Origin: Ramazzottius varieornatus
Taxonomy: Eukaryota > Animalia > Tardigrada
NCBI GenBank assembly: GCA_001949185.1
Contig: BDGG01000005.1
Location: 2,953,972 to 3,017,971 of the forward strand
Length of the DNA stretch: 64,000 bases
Direction of reading: 5' to 3'
The notes beneath the pieces were generated by a model. The model saw only the letters and a program-made list of their open reading frames with translations. It had not been told where the DNA came from and ran no database searches. Position numbers and translations under genes: made by a program. Position 1 is the first letter of the stretch; each line of letters opens with the position of its first letter. This document shows positions 24,229 through 37,430 of the stretch, in pieces.

Positions 24229-25104
24229 ATGTGCGGTCGTGCCTTGTTGCTGCTGGTTCTCTATCTCAGCAGCGGCTTCTTCCGAGGCAAGGTGTGCGGC
24301 ATCGATTGTTATTGGTGTCAACCAGATGACCCAGAGTGTATCCCGACAACAGAGAAAATTAAACTTGGATGCCAGTATTGCGCCCTTTGGTACTCAAATT
24401 TTGGTCACCGTAAGTAATAAACCCAGAAAGAACGTCACCTCCGCTTTCTGACCTGTATTTGCGCTACTATGTTTTTGCCGCTCTGTAATTTATCAAATCA
24501 AGCCTTCAAATTATGTGTATTTAGTGTATAATTGGACTAAAACGCCATATGTCAAGTTGTCTTCGTATGTGGAAGCTCGGCAGACGAACTGGACCAGAGA
24601 GTGTTTGCGAGTGGCGCACGTTTCAGTTAGAATAGCCGGGTACGCGCGCCACTTGCGGAAACGGTCTGGTTGAGTTTGTTTGCGGAGCCTTTGTTTCTCG
24701 TCGCATGGCTGATATACTGCACTTGGTACTATTTCAGTTGTGCTGGTGCTCAAACGTTTTCTTTTTGCATAGAAAAGGTTCAGCGGTACTGTGCTCTTCA
24801 AGACGAAGTTAGAAAAGTCAATGGCTGCAAAGACGACGTGGTCCAATACGCAACCACTTGTTGGTGCAACACAACGCTGTGTAACCATGGTCCAGCGATG
24901 CCTAAGGGTCTTCCGCGGATACATCGAACCGGTCCGCCGCACGACGAGAACTCTTCCTCGTCCACCGCTTTGGAAGATGAACCTTATGAACCGGAACCTC
25001 CCATCGAAGACACCTTTTTCAACTGTATTTTTCGTCAAAACACCAACAAGTTATCATGTATCCCCTTTTTCACAATGTTGCGGAAGAAAAGAGATGTTGT
25101 TTGA
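24229..25104 (+). CDS. Secreted Cys-rich Ly6/uPAR (three-finger, quiver/sleepless-like) protein; exons 24229-24409, 24525-24564, 24738-25104
   Basis: Signal peptide, IDCYWC start and CWCNTTLCN end motif; phases 1 and 2 join the three exons; 3' end uncertain. Confidence 0.65.
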
Positions 25105-25360
25105 TTTTATCATTTGTTATACGGCGTTGTTTCCTAGACGCTACGTATCAAAAGTATATTGGGCGAAACAAAATGACATTTTTTATCATTTTACCCGGGA
25201 ATTTCAATTGTTAGCTATAGGCATCTTACAAAAAATAGTACGCACAATTAGTTCACTTTTTTCAGTGAGATTTGTGAGGTAATTCTATTTTGTCTTAGTT
25301 ACGTTGTTGTATTGGATCTCCCACTGCAGTATAAGCCATTGACCTAACTTATTATGTCTA

Positions 25361-25556
25361 CACGCACGGCGGATAATTATGGGACACTAAAAATTATGGG
25401 TCAGGCCTTTTCGCTACGGCAGTACGGAAGCACGTACTTACACGACCGATTCACACTAATACATTCTCGACACTTTTCTACGGTTGAATTTTTATTTTGC
25501 CGTCCTTTCCGCCTGGTCCATAATTTTTAGTGTCCCATAATTACCCGCCGCGCTTG
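25361..25556. mobile_element. ~200-bp MITE, pogo-like family
   Basis: TA|CACGCACGGCGGATAATTATGGG ... CCCATAATTACCCGCCGCGCTTG|TA; interior homologous to 1074-1269. Confidence 0.85.
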
Positions 25557-25702
25557 TACTGTTACTATAAGGTTGTCATGTCAGCAGATGGCTGGCCGTA
25601 AAGTCTTCACGAGCGCACACGTGGTCGTGCGGATTTCACTTCTCGTCCTTGCTCGCACCGGTCGTACGGTAGAAATCACGCGTCTGACGTTATCGATCTG
25701 TA

Positions 25703-26582
25703 CACGCACGACGAGATATTACGGGCCAGTAAAATTTACGGGCCAGGCGGAAAAGACGGCAAATTTACAATTTGTACGGAAGTCAGAAACAGAAATCGCA
25801 CAAATGACGTATTGAGAGTAAAATTCAACCGTCGAAAATTGTCATGGACAGTGGTTATCAGCTGATGAGCTGTTTTACTTTTACACTCTAACGCTGCTTT
25901 GCATGGCAATTCGACTTTCTCTCGGGAAGCTCTGGACTCGTTGTCTCGATAACCTTCCCGCAAGCGTTTTTGAAAATGTCCCAGCCTTTCAAGACCCAGC
26001 GGTATTGACAATACACCGAAGAAGCCCTGAAGGACGCTGTATCGGCTGTCGAGGATGGAATGGCACTGCGCGAAGCAGCCGGGTGTTTAAAGTTCCGCGC
26101 ACCACCGTTAAACGCTATGTCGAAGATACCACAGCAAAGAAGATCGGCCGACGAAGAAAAACTGATGGTCGACCTGCTGAAGAAATTTGGGAATACTGGA
26201 TTTCCACTCAGCAAGACTCAACTGCGCTTGTTTGTGGATGAGATGGGAATATCTGAAGGTAGGGTCGTTTTTACTTTCCCTATATTCGTTTTGTCCAGTG
26301 GTTTTGGTTTCTGAGTACCATTGAGATTAGAAATTCCACATTTGGCATGATATGTTATTCTGACTGTTGAAGGTGTGCTTGTTCCGGTAGAATAGACTCA
26401 TTAGAGATCGAGATTTTACAATAAATATGGCAAGTTCCTTGGTTTAATATCCAGTACGTACGTACAGCAGTCCAGCCATCGATGTTGATTTTTACTTGTA
26501 GCAAGATTCACCTGCCCGTGCCGCCGTAGCGAAAAGGCCTGGCCCGTAATTTGTACTAGCCCATAATATCTTGTCCTGCGTG
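25703..26582 (+). mobile_element. Internally deleted pogo/Tigger-like transposon with psq-HTH and CENP-B-HTH remnants
   Basis: ~45-bp TIRs flanked by TA on both sides; YTEEALKDAVSAVEDGMALREAA / VPRTTVKRY and ADEEKLMVDLLKKFGNTGFPLSKTQLR remnants. Confidence 0.85.
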
Positions 26583-26884
26583 TACACATGGTAGCCATTG
26601 CGAATCTCATCGATGCGAATATCGATTTCTTCCATTTGAAAGTCTCACTATTTTCGCACTCCTCTGGACGGAGCCATCTCGAACACTCGCTTGAATCCGA
26701 TGTTTCTCCCGGATATTTGTATGGGGTAGCAGGTTCACCTACGGAGAGGAGTTACTACGAAGCATAAAGACTGGATACAGCAGTAAGTGATTCTTAAGGT
26801 CCATCTTTGAACGGGTTTGCTCTGGTGGCCCACTTTTGTACTGTATTTTCTTGCTTACAGATTTGGAAGTTCCAGGCGGTCAGT

Positions 26885-29593
26885 ATGGATCACGTCAAGA
26901 TAGAGAAGCACGAAGACTTTGCCGAAGATCATCTGCTCAACGGTACGAACGGGACAGAAAATGGCGCTGAGAATGCGGAGAATGGTTCTGCTGGAGGAGA
27001 AGGCTTTGGTCGTCCTTCGCATTCACTCTCCGAAGACACCGAAGAATACATCAAGGCAGTCGAAGCGGAGATTAAAGCCCTGAACGGAACTGGACACCTC
27101 ATAAAAGCTCTTGCAGAAAGAGGTAAGGAGTGCCATTGTCGAAGATGGATGATTTTGCATGGGTCAATCAAGTACACCACATGCTTCAGCCCGATTGATT
27201 GATTACGTATACCAGGCAGACGGTGTCATGTACTTGCATACACATGGCCTGGCGGAAACGAAGGGCAACTGTGTGCAGGTTCGAGATACTGGCCTCGGTC
27301 TGCTGGAGCGGCGATGGCCTTGAGCGGAATTTTGTTCTCATCCGATGTCTTGTCTTTCCAGAACTGGCTCGCATAAGGGCAGGAGAGATATCCGAGCAAG
27401 GCTATGTGATAATACACAAGGAGATACCAGTCAGGGTGATAAAAAAAGTTTTGATTCCGATCAAAGAATATCCAAAAGTATGTACGAACTATAGAATCGT
27501 TGTTGTTGGAGTCTCACTTCAACCTGACCAAAATTGACTTCTGTCTCTTTGCTCTTTCCAGATAAACTTTGTGGGGCGACTTCTGGGTCCGAAGGGCCAG
27601 ACCTTGAAGACACTTCAAGCCAACACGAGAGCACGGATCATGATCTTCGGGAGAGGCTCAATGTGGGACAAGAACAAGGTAGGAAATGCTTTTGGAGGTC
27701 AGCAAGATATTCTTCCAAGTGCCGCACGTTTTCAGTATTACCAGCTGAAAGGGTGCGCCACTTGGTACAGCGATCTTGGGCTTCTTGTTGAGTTTGTGTG
27801 CATTGATGTCTTTTCTCTTATGTATTCTTCTGTTTGAAATATCGTTCTCACGGAAGAATTGTCTCGCAGGAAGAAGAAGCAAGAAACAGCGGAGATGCAA
27901 AATACGCCCACCTCAACGAAGACCTTCACATCTACGTTGAGATCACCGCTTACCCGGTCGAAGTTCAAGCTCGCTTCACCCACGTCCTCAACGAGTTGAA
28001 GAAGTTCCTTGATCCGAATCATCCAGTAAGCCGTTTATTCATAACTCGGTTACAGTATTTCGTACTCCAGAAAGCCTCAATCTGGTGCTGTCTTCGATAG
28101 GGCCACTTCCAGGCCAGTGCAGCAGGTGACATTCCTCCGCCGATGCCGCCCGGCTATCGTCCCGCAGGTCCGGGCATGCGCGGACCACCTCCACAGCACT
28201 ACCGGGGACCACGTCCGCAATATGGTGGTCCACGACACAGCTACCCCCCGAGAGGCGCAGCTCCCACTGCCGACTACAGCAGCTACTACGCCCAGTCGGT
28301 AGCTGGTGATGCCTCTGCTTACCAGGTAACAGTGGTTATCTCTCACCAGCTATCGGCAGTTTGAAATATTACCTTCTACTAAACCCCGAAGCAAGTTAGC
28401 TGATATGTAGGAGCTCGGCAGACAACCTCAACAGTTTGTTTCAAGTGGCGCAGTCTTTGGGTGTTACTAGATGTATGCGTGCGCCACTTGAAAAAGAGAT
28501 CCCGTCAAGTTCTCGAGTGGCGCACGTTTGAGGTGTATCTGGCCGGAAGCGTGCGCCACTTGCATGAACGAATGTATTGCTTGTTTGCGGGGGCTCCATA
28601 TGTTATTCCGACCTGTGCAGTTGTTTTAAGGCTGAAAGTGATTTTTCTTCAGGCTCCGGGAACGACAGCGGATGCCAATGCGGCTTACGGCTACACAGCG
28701 TATCCTGCCCAAGCAGATTACTCGCAACCAGCCGCCACATCGTACGATCAGTCGGCCTTGGCTGCTCAGGCCAACCAATACGCTGCAGCGGCTAGTGCCC
28801 AGCAACAGGCGCAACAACCACAGCAAGTGGCCTACCAGCAGCCACAACAGACGCAGTACGCTGGGGCGCCTTCAGCTTACGGGGTGGTGGCTCCTCCTGG
28901 CACTTACTCAGCCACGCCGGCCTATGGTGCCCAGCCAGCTACTGGTTACGCCGCGCCGGGTTACGCGGTGGCGCCAGCGGGATATGCAGGTAACATATCT
29001 GATATCCTTTCGAACTGGAATGTTTCTCTTTTTTCGTTACTTCACCAGAGTGAACAGAGTTGAGTAACCGGCCAACCCCGTTTGAGTGGAGTGCAGTTGA
29101 TCGTGAAAGTCTATTTTATGGGTTTCCGGATCAAGTGGCGGGCCATCTTATTGGGTTGAACTGCAGAAGTACTGAAATTTTCCAGGTCGACGCGCGCCAG
29201 TGAAATGGGGTTCAACGTTGCTTGTTGTGTTCACCCAGATGAAGTGATACATATTGGGATTTCGTGCCGTTCCGGCCGCTCTCTTTTTCGATTCTCGATG
29301 GGTTTCATAAGAAGTGACTAGAACAAAACTGCTGTTCTCATAGTTTTGAAGACGTTCTTCAGTCTTTGTTCTCCTGGACTCAGACATTTCACAATAGATT
29401 TTGGGAAAGTTGTCCACAGCGAAGGTCTGTGAAATTGGGAGAAGTCTGGCATAATTTTTGTCCGTGTGTCGTAGGCTGGGCAGCTCCGACAGCGCCGCAA
29501 CAGCCTTCACCACCGGGAAAGACGCGACCGGCGTATGACGCGGGTTCGGCTGCAAAGAAGCCTAGAATGGCGGCCCCTGGTTATGGATACTGA
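26885..29593 (+). CDS. STAR-family KH RNA-binding protein (Sam68/KHDRBS/qkr-like); exons 26885-27122, 27362-27477, 27562-27678, 27870-28025, 28101-28325, 28653-28989, 29475-29593
   Basis: QUA1-like [10 protein letters not shown], maxi-KH (IPIKEYPK|[42 protein letters not shown]), Pro/RG- and Tyr/Ala/Gln-rich tail ending [12 protein letters not shown]; all junctions GT-AG and in phase. Confidence 0.92.
28442..28562. repeat. Two tandem units (28442-28490, 28514-28562) of the 49-bp palindromic repeat in a KH-gene intron
   Basis: CAAGTGGCGCAG-N25-GTGCGCCACTTG and CGAGTGGCGCAC-N25-GTGCGCCACTTG, period 72 bp. Confidence 0.85.
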
Positions 29594-30549
29594 ATCAACA
29601 GAAACAAGGTTGGTGGTGATCGGTTCATGTGAAGTTCGAGCTTTGAGTGCATCGTTGTTACAGATGACTGTTCAAAATGGTTAATAACAAATAAATGAAT
29701 TGCTAATATTCTAAAAAGGTATCGCAAGCGTACCAGCGAAGTTATCGGCCAGCACGGAGCGGAAAACCATCAAAATTCGCCATCGGTAGATTAATCCAAA
29801 TATTGGACGACCGTCGTGAAATTGGCAATCACTTAGTCTTCTCAGTTCTCGTTATCGTTCAGCTGGCTTCGGTTCAAATATTTTTCTTCAATGCTTCAAC
29901 TGTCGTAAAAATGCGCAACCGAACTACACAGTAAACTTTGGTTTCAGAATACGAAAAAATCATTCTTGTTCTAGTTTCGACTGTTCTTGAAATTAATGCG
30001 CTCTGACTGTAACCAGTATCTTTATCTTTACCACCCTCTCTGTAACCGAAATAATATGGACGAAAATAGGTTAAACTTTCTTTAGTTGGTGCTGCTGCGG
30101 AAAGCAAATTTGCTTGAATTAGCGCAAAATGAACCAACAGGTAAAACGTCTTACAGTAACAATGGAGTCAGCACTCTCACCGTTACAGTAAGTAACAGTA
30201 AAATAATTCTACTGGAAAAAATAGAATGGTAAGATCACTGCGGTGTCCAGCTGTCCGTTTATTCCTGACCATGCAAATCAAAGATCCGTCTACTGGGTAA
30301 AACCGGTTTCATCTTCGTTTTCACAACTCTGCTGTACATCACAGGCTTCGAATCCGACAGAACTGGAAATTTATTTAAATATTAGTTCGGACTTCAGACT
30401 AGCCTAGTTCAATGTCAACACAGTCGAATAAAACCTAGAGAAAAGGAAAGATTCAGTTAAATCAGAAACTCCGAGAAAATTTGAGCAGGGAAGTGGAATA
30501 AAAAAAGTTGAAAGACTCTCATCGTCGTGTGAAAAGCGGGCTAGTTATG

Positions 30550-33487
30550 TCACCGGTTGACCAGGGAGATTTTTCTAGTTCTACTACGCTCAACATTGAC
30601 TGGCTGAAAGGAGACGGGTGTTCCAGGAGAGCTGTCCGCGGAGCTTCTTCTTGAACGATCATAAAGGGTAGTGGAAGACGGGGTGGGCAGTGCCGACAGC
30701 TCTTTCAGATGAGCCTTGTACTCGGACGACAACGCTGTCATCCAGAACTTCAACACCACGTCGTCCTCAGGTGTGATACGAAATTTCTCCATCATAGCCG
30801 GTAGCTGGGTCGCACTCCGCGACTCTGTCCGAAACAACTTGTACAAAACTTTAGCTTTCCTGAAAACAATCGATGAATGAAGCCCATGAATGCCCTTCAA
30901 AGCCTGGCGAGCGAAACAGGATACCATTTATGCACCTGCCCTACACCGGCCCGTATTTATTCATAACACTCTAGAATGCAGGTGCATGAATTACCGTTCG
31001 CGTCATGCACCTGCATACTTTCGACCGTGTTTTGATCACGGCGTCAGTATGCAGGTGCGCGAAAGTCAGCTGCTAAATTCGTCGGTATTGTAACTAGTGC
31101 TGTGTGTATTCTTACGTCATCAGGCGTTCATGTTGATTTCTGATTAGGTCAACGGCCACTTCCTCGACCAGGTCTACCTCCTGGAGGATGTGTTCAACGA
31201 GAAGAAGATATGACGAAGCTGGAAGTGAACAAGTAGGAGTTCGTAAAAACTTTGTATGGATTGAGAAATTTGTGTCTGTTGTTTTATCTGGTCTTACGTT
31301 TGACAGGTGTAGTGGCTTGGGTCGGCGTGATGATTTTGTACTTTTCGACGTTCATCTCGTTCATCTTGGCCGCCAGGATGTCGACCACGAAGTAAGACTC
31401 ACTGCTGGTCAGGACGTGGTCGGGGAGCGAAGCGTCGGGATGGAGACCCAGAAGGTTGCAGTTCCATGGCTCGGTGTATGTCTGAGAGAACTCGATGGAC
31501 TTACAACAACCCGGCGGAATCAACACCTGCAACAAGAACACACGATTTCTAGTTTGACTCCAAAACTATTTCCATTTCTCGCGAAATTGTACAATCTTGA
31601 TTTTCTGATCACACTTTCAACAGTTTGAAATTTTGTCTTTTCAAGACAATCCTTTCTCAAAATTTACAAAGGTTTTCTACCGGTGTTCGTATGACCAGAG
31701 TTTTATGGGAACTAACTGCGAGAGCTCGGATGACTGAAGTCACGAGGAAGTCATGGTATCCCCGGACGATGACTTGGTTCCCGATGATCAGACTGTGCGC
31801 CAGTGAGCGAAACAGTGGCTTTCCGACGGCCTGTACAAAAACAAGCTCCTTCGAGGTCTAATCTTCTCAACGCATCGTTGTCAGATTAACAACCAAGTTT
31901 CTTACGTTAAACAAATGGGCGATGCCAGTGAAACGCGGAAAGTAACTTGCTGTGGACTTGGGCCTTTCGTTGTCTCTTTCTTCTGAGTTCTGAGTAGGCG
32001 AGGATGGAGCTTCGTCCGCCGGTATATCTTCTGTAAGAAAGAAGCACGTAGAGAAATCAACTTGGAACGGAAATGCAAACAAAACTGGAAGCTCGGAAAA
32101 CAAACTCGACAAGATTCATTGTCCCAAGAGGGCACACATTTTCAGTCTTACTGGCTGGAAGCGTGCGCCCCTTGGAAACACCATCTCGTCGAATTTGTTT
32201 ACCAAAACCAAATCAGCCTCGAAGTAGACTCACGATAATAGCATGAAGGTGCGCCTTCAAGCAGGGTTTCGCTCATTTGATTTCCTCCTAGCTGGAGGAG
32301 ATGAGTAAAGTGTTCGTGAAGCACATGAAACACTCCGTTATCCAAAGTCAGCTCCGGTAGAGAACGCATGGCTTTCCCACGCCGCTGTCGTCGAAAGTTA
32401 CCTACAGTGAAGACTACAAATTTTAGAACCTATTGGCAATTGCGAAAGATTACAGAAGAGTCTTGCCTGGGTTGATTGCCACTTCCGAAGGATTAAGTCT
32501 AGCGGCTCGTTGGGGTCTTTCAGCTTGGTCGACACCATACGTTCTTTCGGCTTGTTCTTGAAGGAGGCTAACCAGAGACCGTGAAGATCTCGTCAGGAAT
32601 GGCCAGGACTGGAGAAGGGAAATTCGGTCCATGGAGAGCACGATAATACTATACCATCGCTGGAGACCTCGAGCTTCGTTGTCTTTCAGGTGAAAGGTGA
32701 AACTGTAGACGTAACCGTGATGTTGGTCCCCAAAGAAGAGGGAACCTTCTCGACCAGGAGATATCTGGTAAATAGAAACAAAGGGCCGGGTTAGCTTCTA
32801 CTATCCAAGTGGCGCACTTCTCCTTCATCAACAGCTGCAAAATGCACCGCGTTCAAAACTGCGCAACCACCCTGATCAAGCGACGCATTTATCTGCTACA
32901 AAATACTGATAAACTGCGCGAGTGTGAATGTAGTGGCGTAGACCGACACAGCTTGACGGTTTAATTTGCCTGCAGACTGCGCCACTTGAGGAAATCGAGC
33001 GTTACCTCGCTACTGAGACTTCGGACACAGGCTTGTCGAAGAAAGGTGAACACCTCAGGATTGTGAGGATATTGCAGCGTGAGGTACCACAACTCGTTGC
33101 CATCACCGTAGGTGATCAGGCCGTGGTTGGGTTTGGAGAAAGACCGACAAGCCTAAAAAATGAGCTAAGTATTCAACATTCTTCGAGAGTAATCGGCGGA
33201 AAAATACAGAAAAAACGTGGTTGGCGTGGTTTTGTGTTGGATCATACGGAGCAGGTGTTGCTGGTGACCGAGTCATGAGATTCGAAGGTATCCACTTCGG
33301 TAGGCTCGCTTTCGCTGCTATCAGACGGCGTCAGAAGGCGACTGGGACTGTTTTCTTGAGAGTGGTCAACACTCGTCCTGCAGTCAGTAATTTCGACGGC
33401 TTGTTCGCGCTGGATGGCTTGTGTACAGATAACCACGCTGGGTCCATGCATCTCACAAAAGTGGCAAAGCGCGACCACGGCATTCAT
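30550..33487 (-). CDS. FLCN: Folliculin (multi-exon; internal junctions not all mapped)
   Basis: MNAVVALCHFCEMHGPSVVICTQ, LRQACVRSLSSE, SPGREGSLFFGD..ARGLQRWYSIIVLSMDRISLLQSWPFL and DDVVLKFWMTALSSEYKAHL match folliculin signatures. Confidence 0.95.
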
Positions 33488-34179
33488 GGTAAACCTGGAA
33501 AAGGCACAATGTACTGGAAAATCGGCAAACGAACTCAAAAAGACTGTTTCTCCGAGTGGTGCATGTTATTCAGGCGCTAACACCGCAAACATGCGCCACT
33601 CATGGAAACAATCACTCTTGTCAAGTGTGATGGCCTCATAATTATCAGAGCACATTTGATGAGAGATGTGGCTTTCTTACCGTTCCACGCGCGTCGTCCA
33701 CGATTTCGAGCCGTTACAAGTTGATCCAGCCTGATTCGTCTCGGAAGGGGACTGAAATTTCTGGAAGGATATGTCCTATGGGGAAATTCTAAAGACGGCA
33801 AGTCCAGACATCAGACAAGGTGAAGCAGCCAAATATCAGGTGATGTGCATTACGTCACCGTCTGACTTCCGAAATGACGTCAGCCACTGGCCATGTGTTC
33901 CATTGGAAATGGGCAGCCCACGTGACTTTCCTGGTCTGAATGAAATGAATGGAGTTCAATGGGGTGATGAACCATTCATGTCGGACAGAGCTCACATCAC
34001 AGTCCAATGGTGACCATGTACAGTGTGTAAGCAATTCGGGAGAACTGATGTTATGTTCTCTTACACAGCGGCTGCGATGATGTCGTTCGAACTCTTCTGC
34101 ATGTTTTTGGGCTTCTCCATCTTCCACGAGTTGTTCTTCATCAACACGGCCATCGGAAATTCTAACAATGGCCATAGCG

Positions 34180-36720
34180 TTGGCAGATTGGGTTACCTTG
34201 AACGTCGGAGGAACGATGCTGACACATGACAGAGCCACAGTCCATGTCGGCCAAGATATTAGACCCAATCCCCATCGATCGTTCTGAATCACCCTTTGAG
34301 ATTCTGCTGGATTACCTACGGAATGGGAAGCTCGTGCTGGAAGCGCAGTTTGATAACTTTGAAAACCTTATTGCAGAGATCAAACCAATTGTTGACCAAC
34401 GGTTGTTCACCGTAAGGGCGGTACCGCCGAACCATGGCCTCATCGGCAATTTTCCGAAAAATCAGAAATATTTGGTTGGCCGATCTGAAACAGCAGAAAC
34501 CTCGTAAGATGGTTTTGGAACAGTTTTGTTGTCTGCAGTTTCATCTGTGGTCAGATCTGGTGGTTAGGCAGTCGTGAGCCCGTGATTCCGGAGCGGGCTT
34601 TTGTGATGGTCACAGTTAATGCCGCACATTTCGGCATTTCTCCGCGTTTGAAAAGTCATATTCCGCCGGGTCATCTGCTTGATGAAAGTTACACAAAGGC
34701 CTGATCTACCATAAAAAGGAGCTAAAGTTGAACATCTCGGGTGAGCTCAGAAACCATTACCTTGCCAGTGCAATCGAGCAAGTGCCAACCTGAATTTAAA
34801 GAGGCAAATTTACATGGAACGGTGTTGGATCGAGCCAGGATGGTCAGTGTCAAGATGGAGGACGACAGCGCGAGATGTACGTTACTATTGAACCTTTCTT
34901 CTTGTTCAAGACAAAAATTTGTACTTTTTTGCAGGCGCGTTCCTTCGAGGTGTCGCAATGAGCCAAGCCTCCGGAGAGCCTCCCGACCTGGAAAGCTGCG
35001 ATTTGAAGTACACACCAAATTTTATAACAGTGCACTGAATGGCTGAACTTTTCCGCGTGCAAGACGAAACGGAACTTGAGTGATAGTGCAATATCTCCTT
35101 CCACCTTCCCATAACAATTCTCTTCGAGCCTATTCGGACCTTTATCTTCAGAAACCTCACCGATAGTTGGTTGGGAAGCTTTCGGCTTTTACCAAATGTG
35201 CGACGTAACGTTGTACCATCTGTTGATTTAATGACAGGATGAATTCTGCGTAGAAGTACTGGAAACACGGCGATTTTGAAAAAGCAGCGTTTTCACAACC
35301 AGCGTGAACTTTTCTTCGCTAAGGAAAATCATGAAAACGTAGCTTAAGTAATGAGCTACTAGAACTGAGAAACGATTCGACCAAACTGTGCAGCACTTGA
35401 CTACAGGAAGACTTTTCATGGAAGCAAGAAGTCGGTAATTACAAGGTAATACAGCAGCTTTTCCTGGTATCAAGTCATTCCGCAAATATCGTGCTTTCGG
35501 TTTTCGGTCGGTGTTTCAAAGTCCTGACAGGGAAGTTTGGTAGGAGAACTATTAGACTATCTGCTCAATGATTACACAACTCGATCCCTAGCTTGGAACA
35601 GATGTTATGATTATTGACAGGGGAGGTGGTTTCCCGGTAAAATAGCCACAATTCTGCAAGGCGGAACTTTGAAGAGAGCTGACCGGTCTGAGCAAACCTT
35701 CGTTCCTACCGTTGGTTATACTGACTAGACTGTGCAAGCTGTTTTGCATGTGCCATAGACAAAACTGTTGTCCCGTGGAAACAGCACAAAAAGGTGATTT
35801 AAAAGCAGGGAAACGTGAAATTTAATTTTTGACAGCACAATGTCCGAATAAGGTGTAGACACTAAGCTTGAACGGACTGGTGTATTCGGGGCTTTAGCAA
35901 ATGATGTCGTTCAGATCGTTGTGGCCGAGTGGCGCGCATACCGTCTGCCAGTGTCAACCAGGAAGTGCGTCACTTGAGAAAGCGATCTGGGTAAACGATC
36001 TGCTGGCTTTCGATTTTATCCATTTTCCAGAAGCCAGAGTCGCGCTTTCTGATTCCATCGGCCGAGTTCCCAAACTTTTCGACAGCGAAGTCTACCCGAC
36101 AGGAGATAGCCAAGCCGCTTGTAGGTACACTGGCCATAAACATGTACTTCGACTTCAAGGCATCAACTTTTGAAGAATGCGATCTTTCCAAGTTGGACCT
36201 AAGTCACGCTAACTTGCGGGTGACAAACCTGAAACGCACTGATCTGTCCCACTGCAAACTCACAATCAATAACTTCGAGGAACCGCATTTGACCGACACG
36301 GTTTTAAGCTATGCCTCATGTACAGAGATAACATGCAATCGGCTAATGCTCAAGGTTATTTTGTTCACCGTGTCTGGCTTTTGCGCATGAGCTTCTGTGC
36401 TGACCGTAATTTGAATAATAGAGTTTTGGTGGGTGTGTCCTGCAAATACGTCAACATGTCCGGCGCGAAAACGCCATCGATTGAAGGACTGCTTCCGCCG
36501 TCCGCGCAAGATTTCGCCATTGCATTTTGGGCAACGCGCGCTGGACAACAGCAATTTCGAGTCTGCTGATTCTTCCTTTTGCAGACGTCTTCAGAGTGCC
36601 AGCCTGAAGGATTGCAAGCTTCGTGGGGCGATTTTCAAAGTGCGCACATGCAAAAGTGCGACTTGAGCAGGAGCAACTTGTCCAGCGCCAGGTTTGATCT
36701 GCTAGAACGCACTGGTATTG
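34180..36720 (+). pseudogene. KCTD9: KCTD9-like (BTB plus pentapeptide repeat) pseudogene, fragmented
   Basis: DWVTLNVGG..EPQSMSAKIL..IDRSESPFEILLDYLRNGKL (BTB) and VLRLQGINF/EECDLSKLDLSHANLRVTNLKRTDLSHCKL (pentapeptide repeats) broken by deletions and frameshifts. Confidence 0.75.
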
Positions 36721-36849
36721 TGCTGGCTGGAGCGGCAGACGTCCCTGCATGTCTGCTCAAAGGAGGCTATGCCGGTCCTCCCAAATCGATAGCCCACAGT
36801 AAGGCCACGTACTGTAAGCCAAAACAACAACACCGGAATATAATCTGTA

Positions 36850-37013
36850 CACGCACGACTAGAAATTATGGGACAGACCTTTTCGCTACAGCGGTTTGGA
36901 GGAATATTGTATTAGTGCGCTTAAGTCGCACTAATACACTTTTCGACACTTTTCCATGTTGAATTTCTATTTTTCCGTCCTTTCCAACTGTCCCATAATT
37001 TCTGTTGTACGTG
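36850..37013. mobile_element. Shortened MITE, pogo-like family
   Basis: TA|CACGCACGACTAGAAATTATGGGACAG ... CTGTCCCATAATTTCTGTTGTACGTG|TA. Confidence 0.8.
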
Positions 37014-37430
37014 TACTCTGAATAAGCAGGCCATATCAATGTCGACGGTTCTGTGCCGTCGGTAATCACTATAGTCTTACCATTGCGCCAACTGCTAGCC
37101 GCCTGTCAAGATTGTTGGTAGCCGCTGAATTTAAGTCTGGCCAATTTACCCCTCCTTTCCCGGGTTCGATGTGAGTGTGCTTACCGTAAGCGTACGTATC
37201 AATCAAGCATTTACGTCTACAAGAATCCGATACTCTGATGCTTACGATTCTAATCCTCCTTTGGAGAAGACGCGGCGCTTTCGGTTGGGAGGATACTGTG
37301 CCTTGCGGAGAGGAAAATTTTCTGCACCGGCCAACCGTTCACAGATTCTCTTCCGCCAGGGAAGAGTCATCCTGAACACTTCTATTGATAAACGTTTCCC
37401 GGTAGCCGGCTGTCCATAGTCCTTCGGGTT

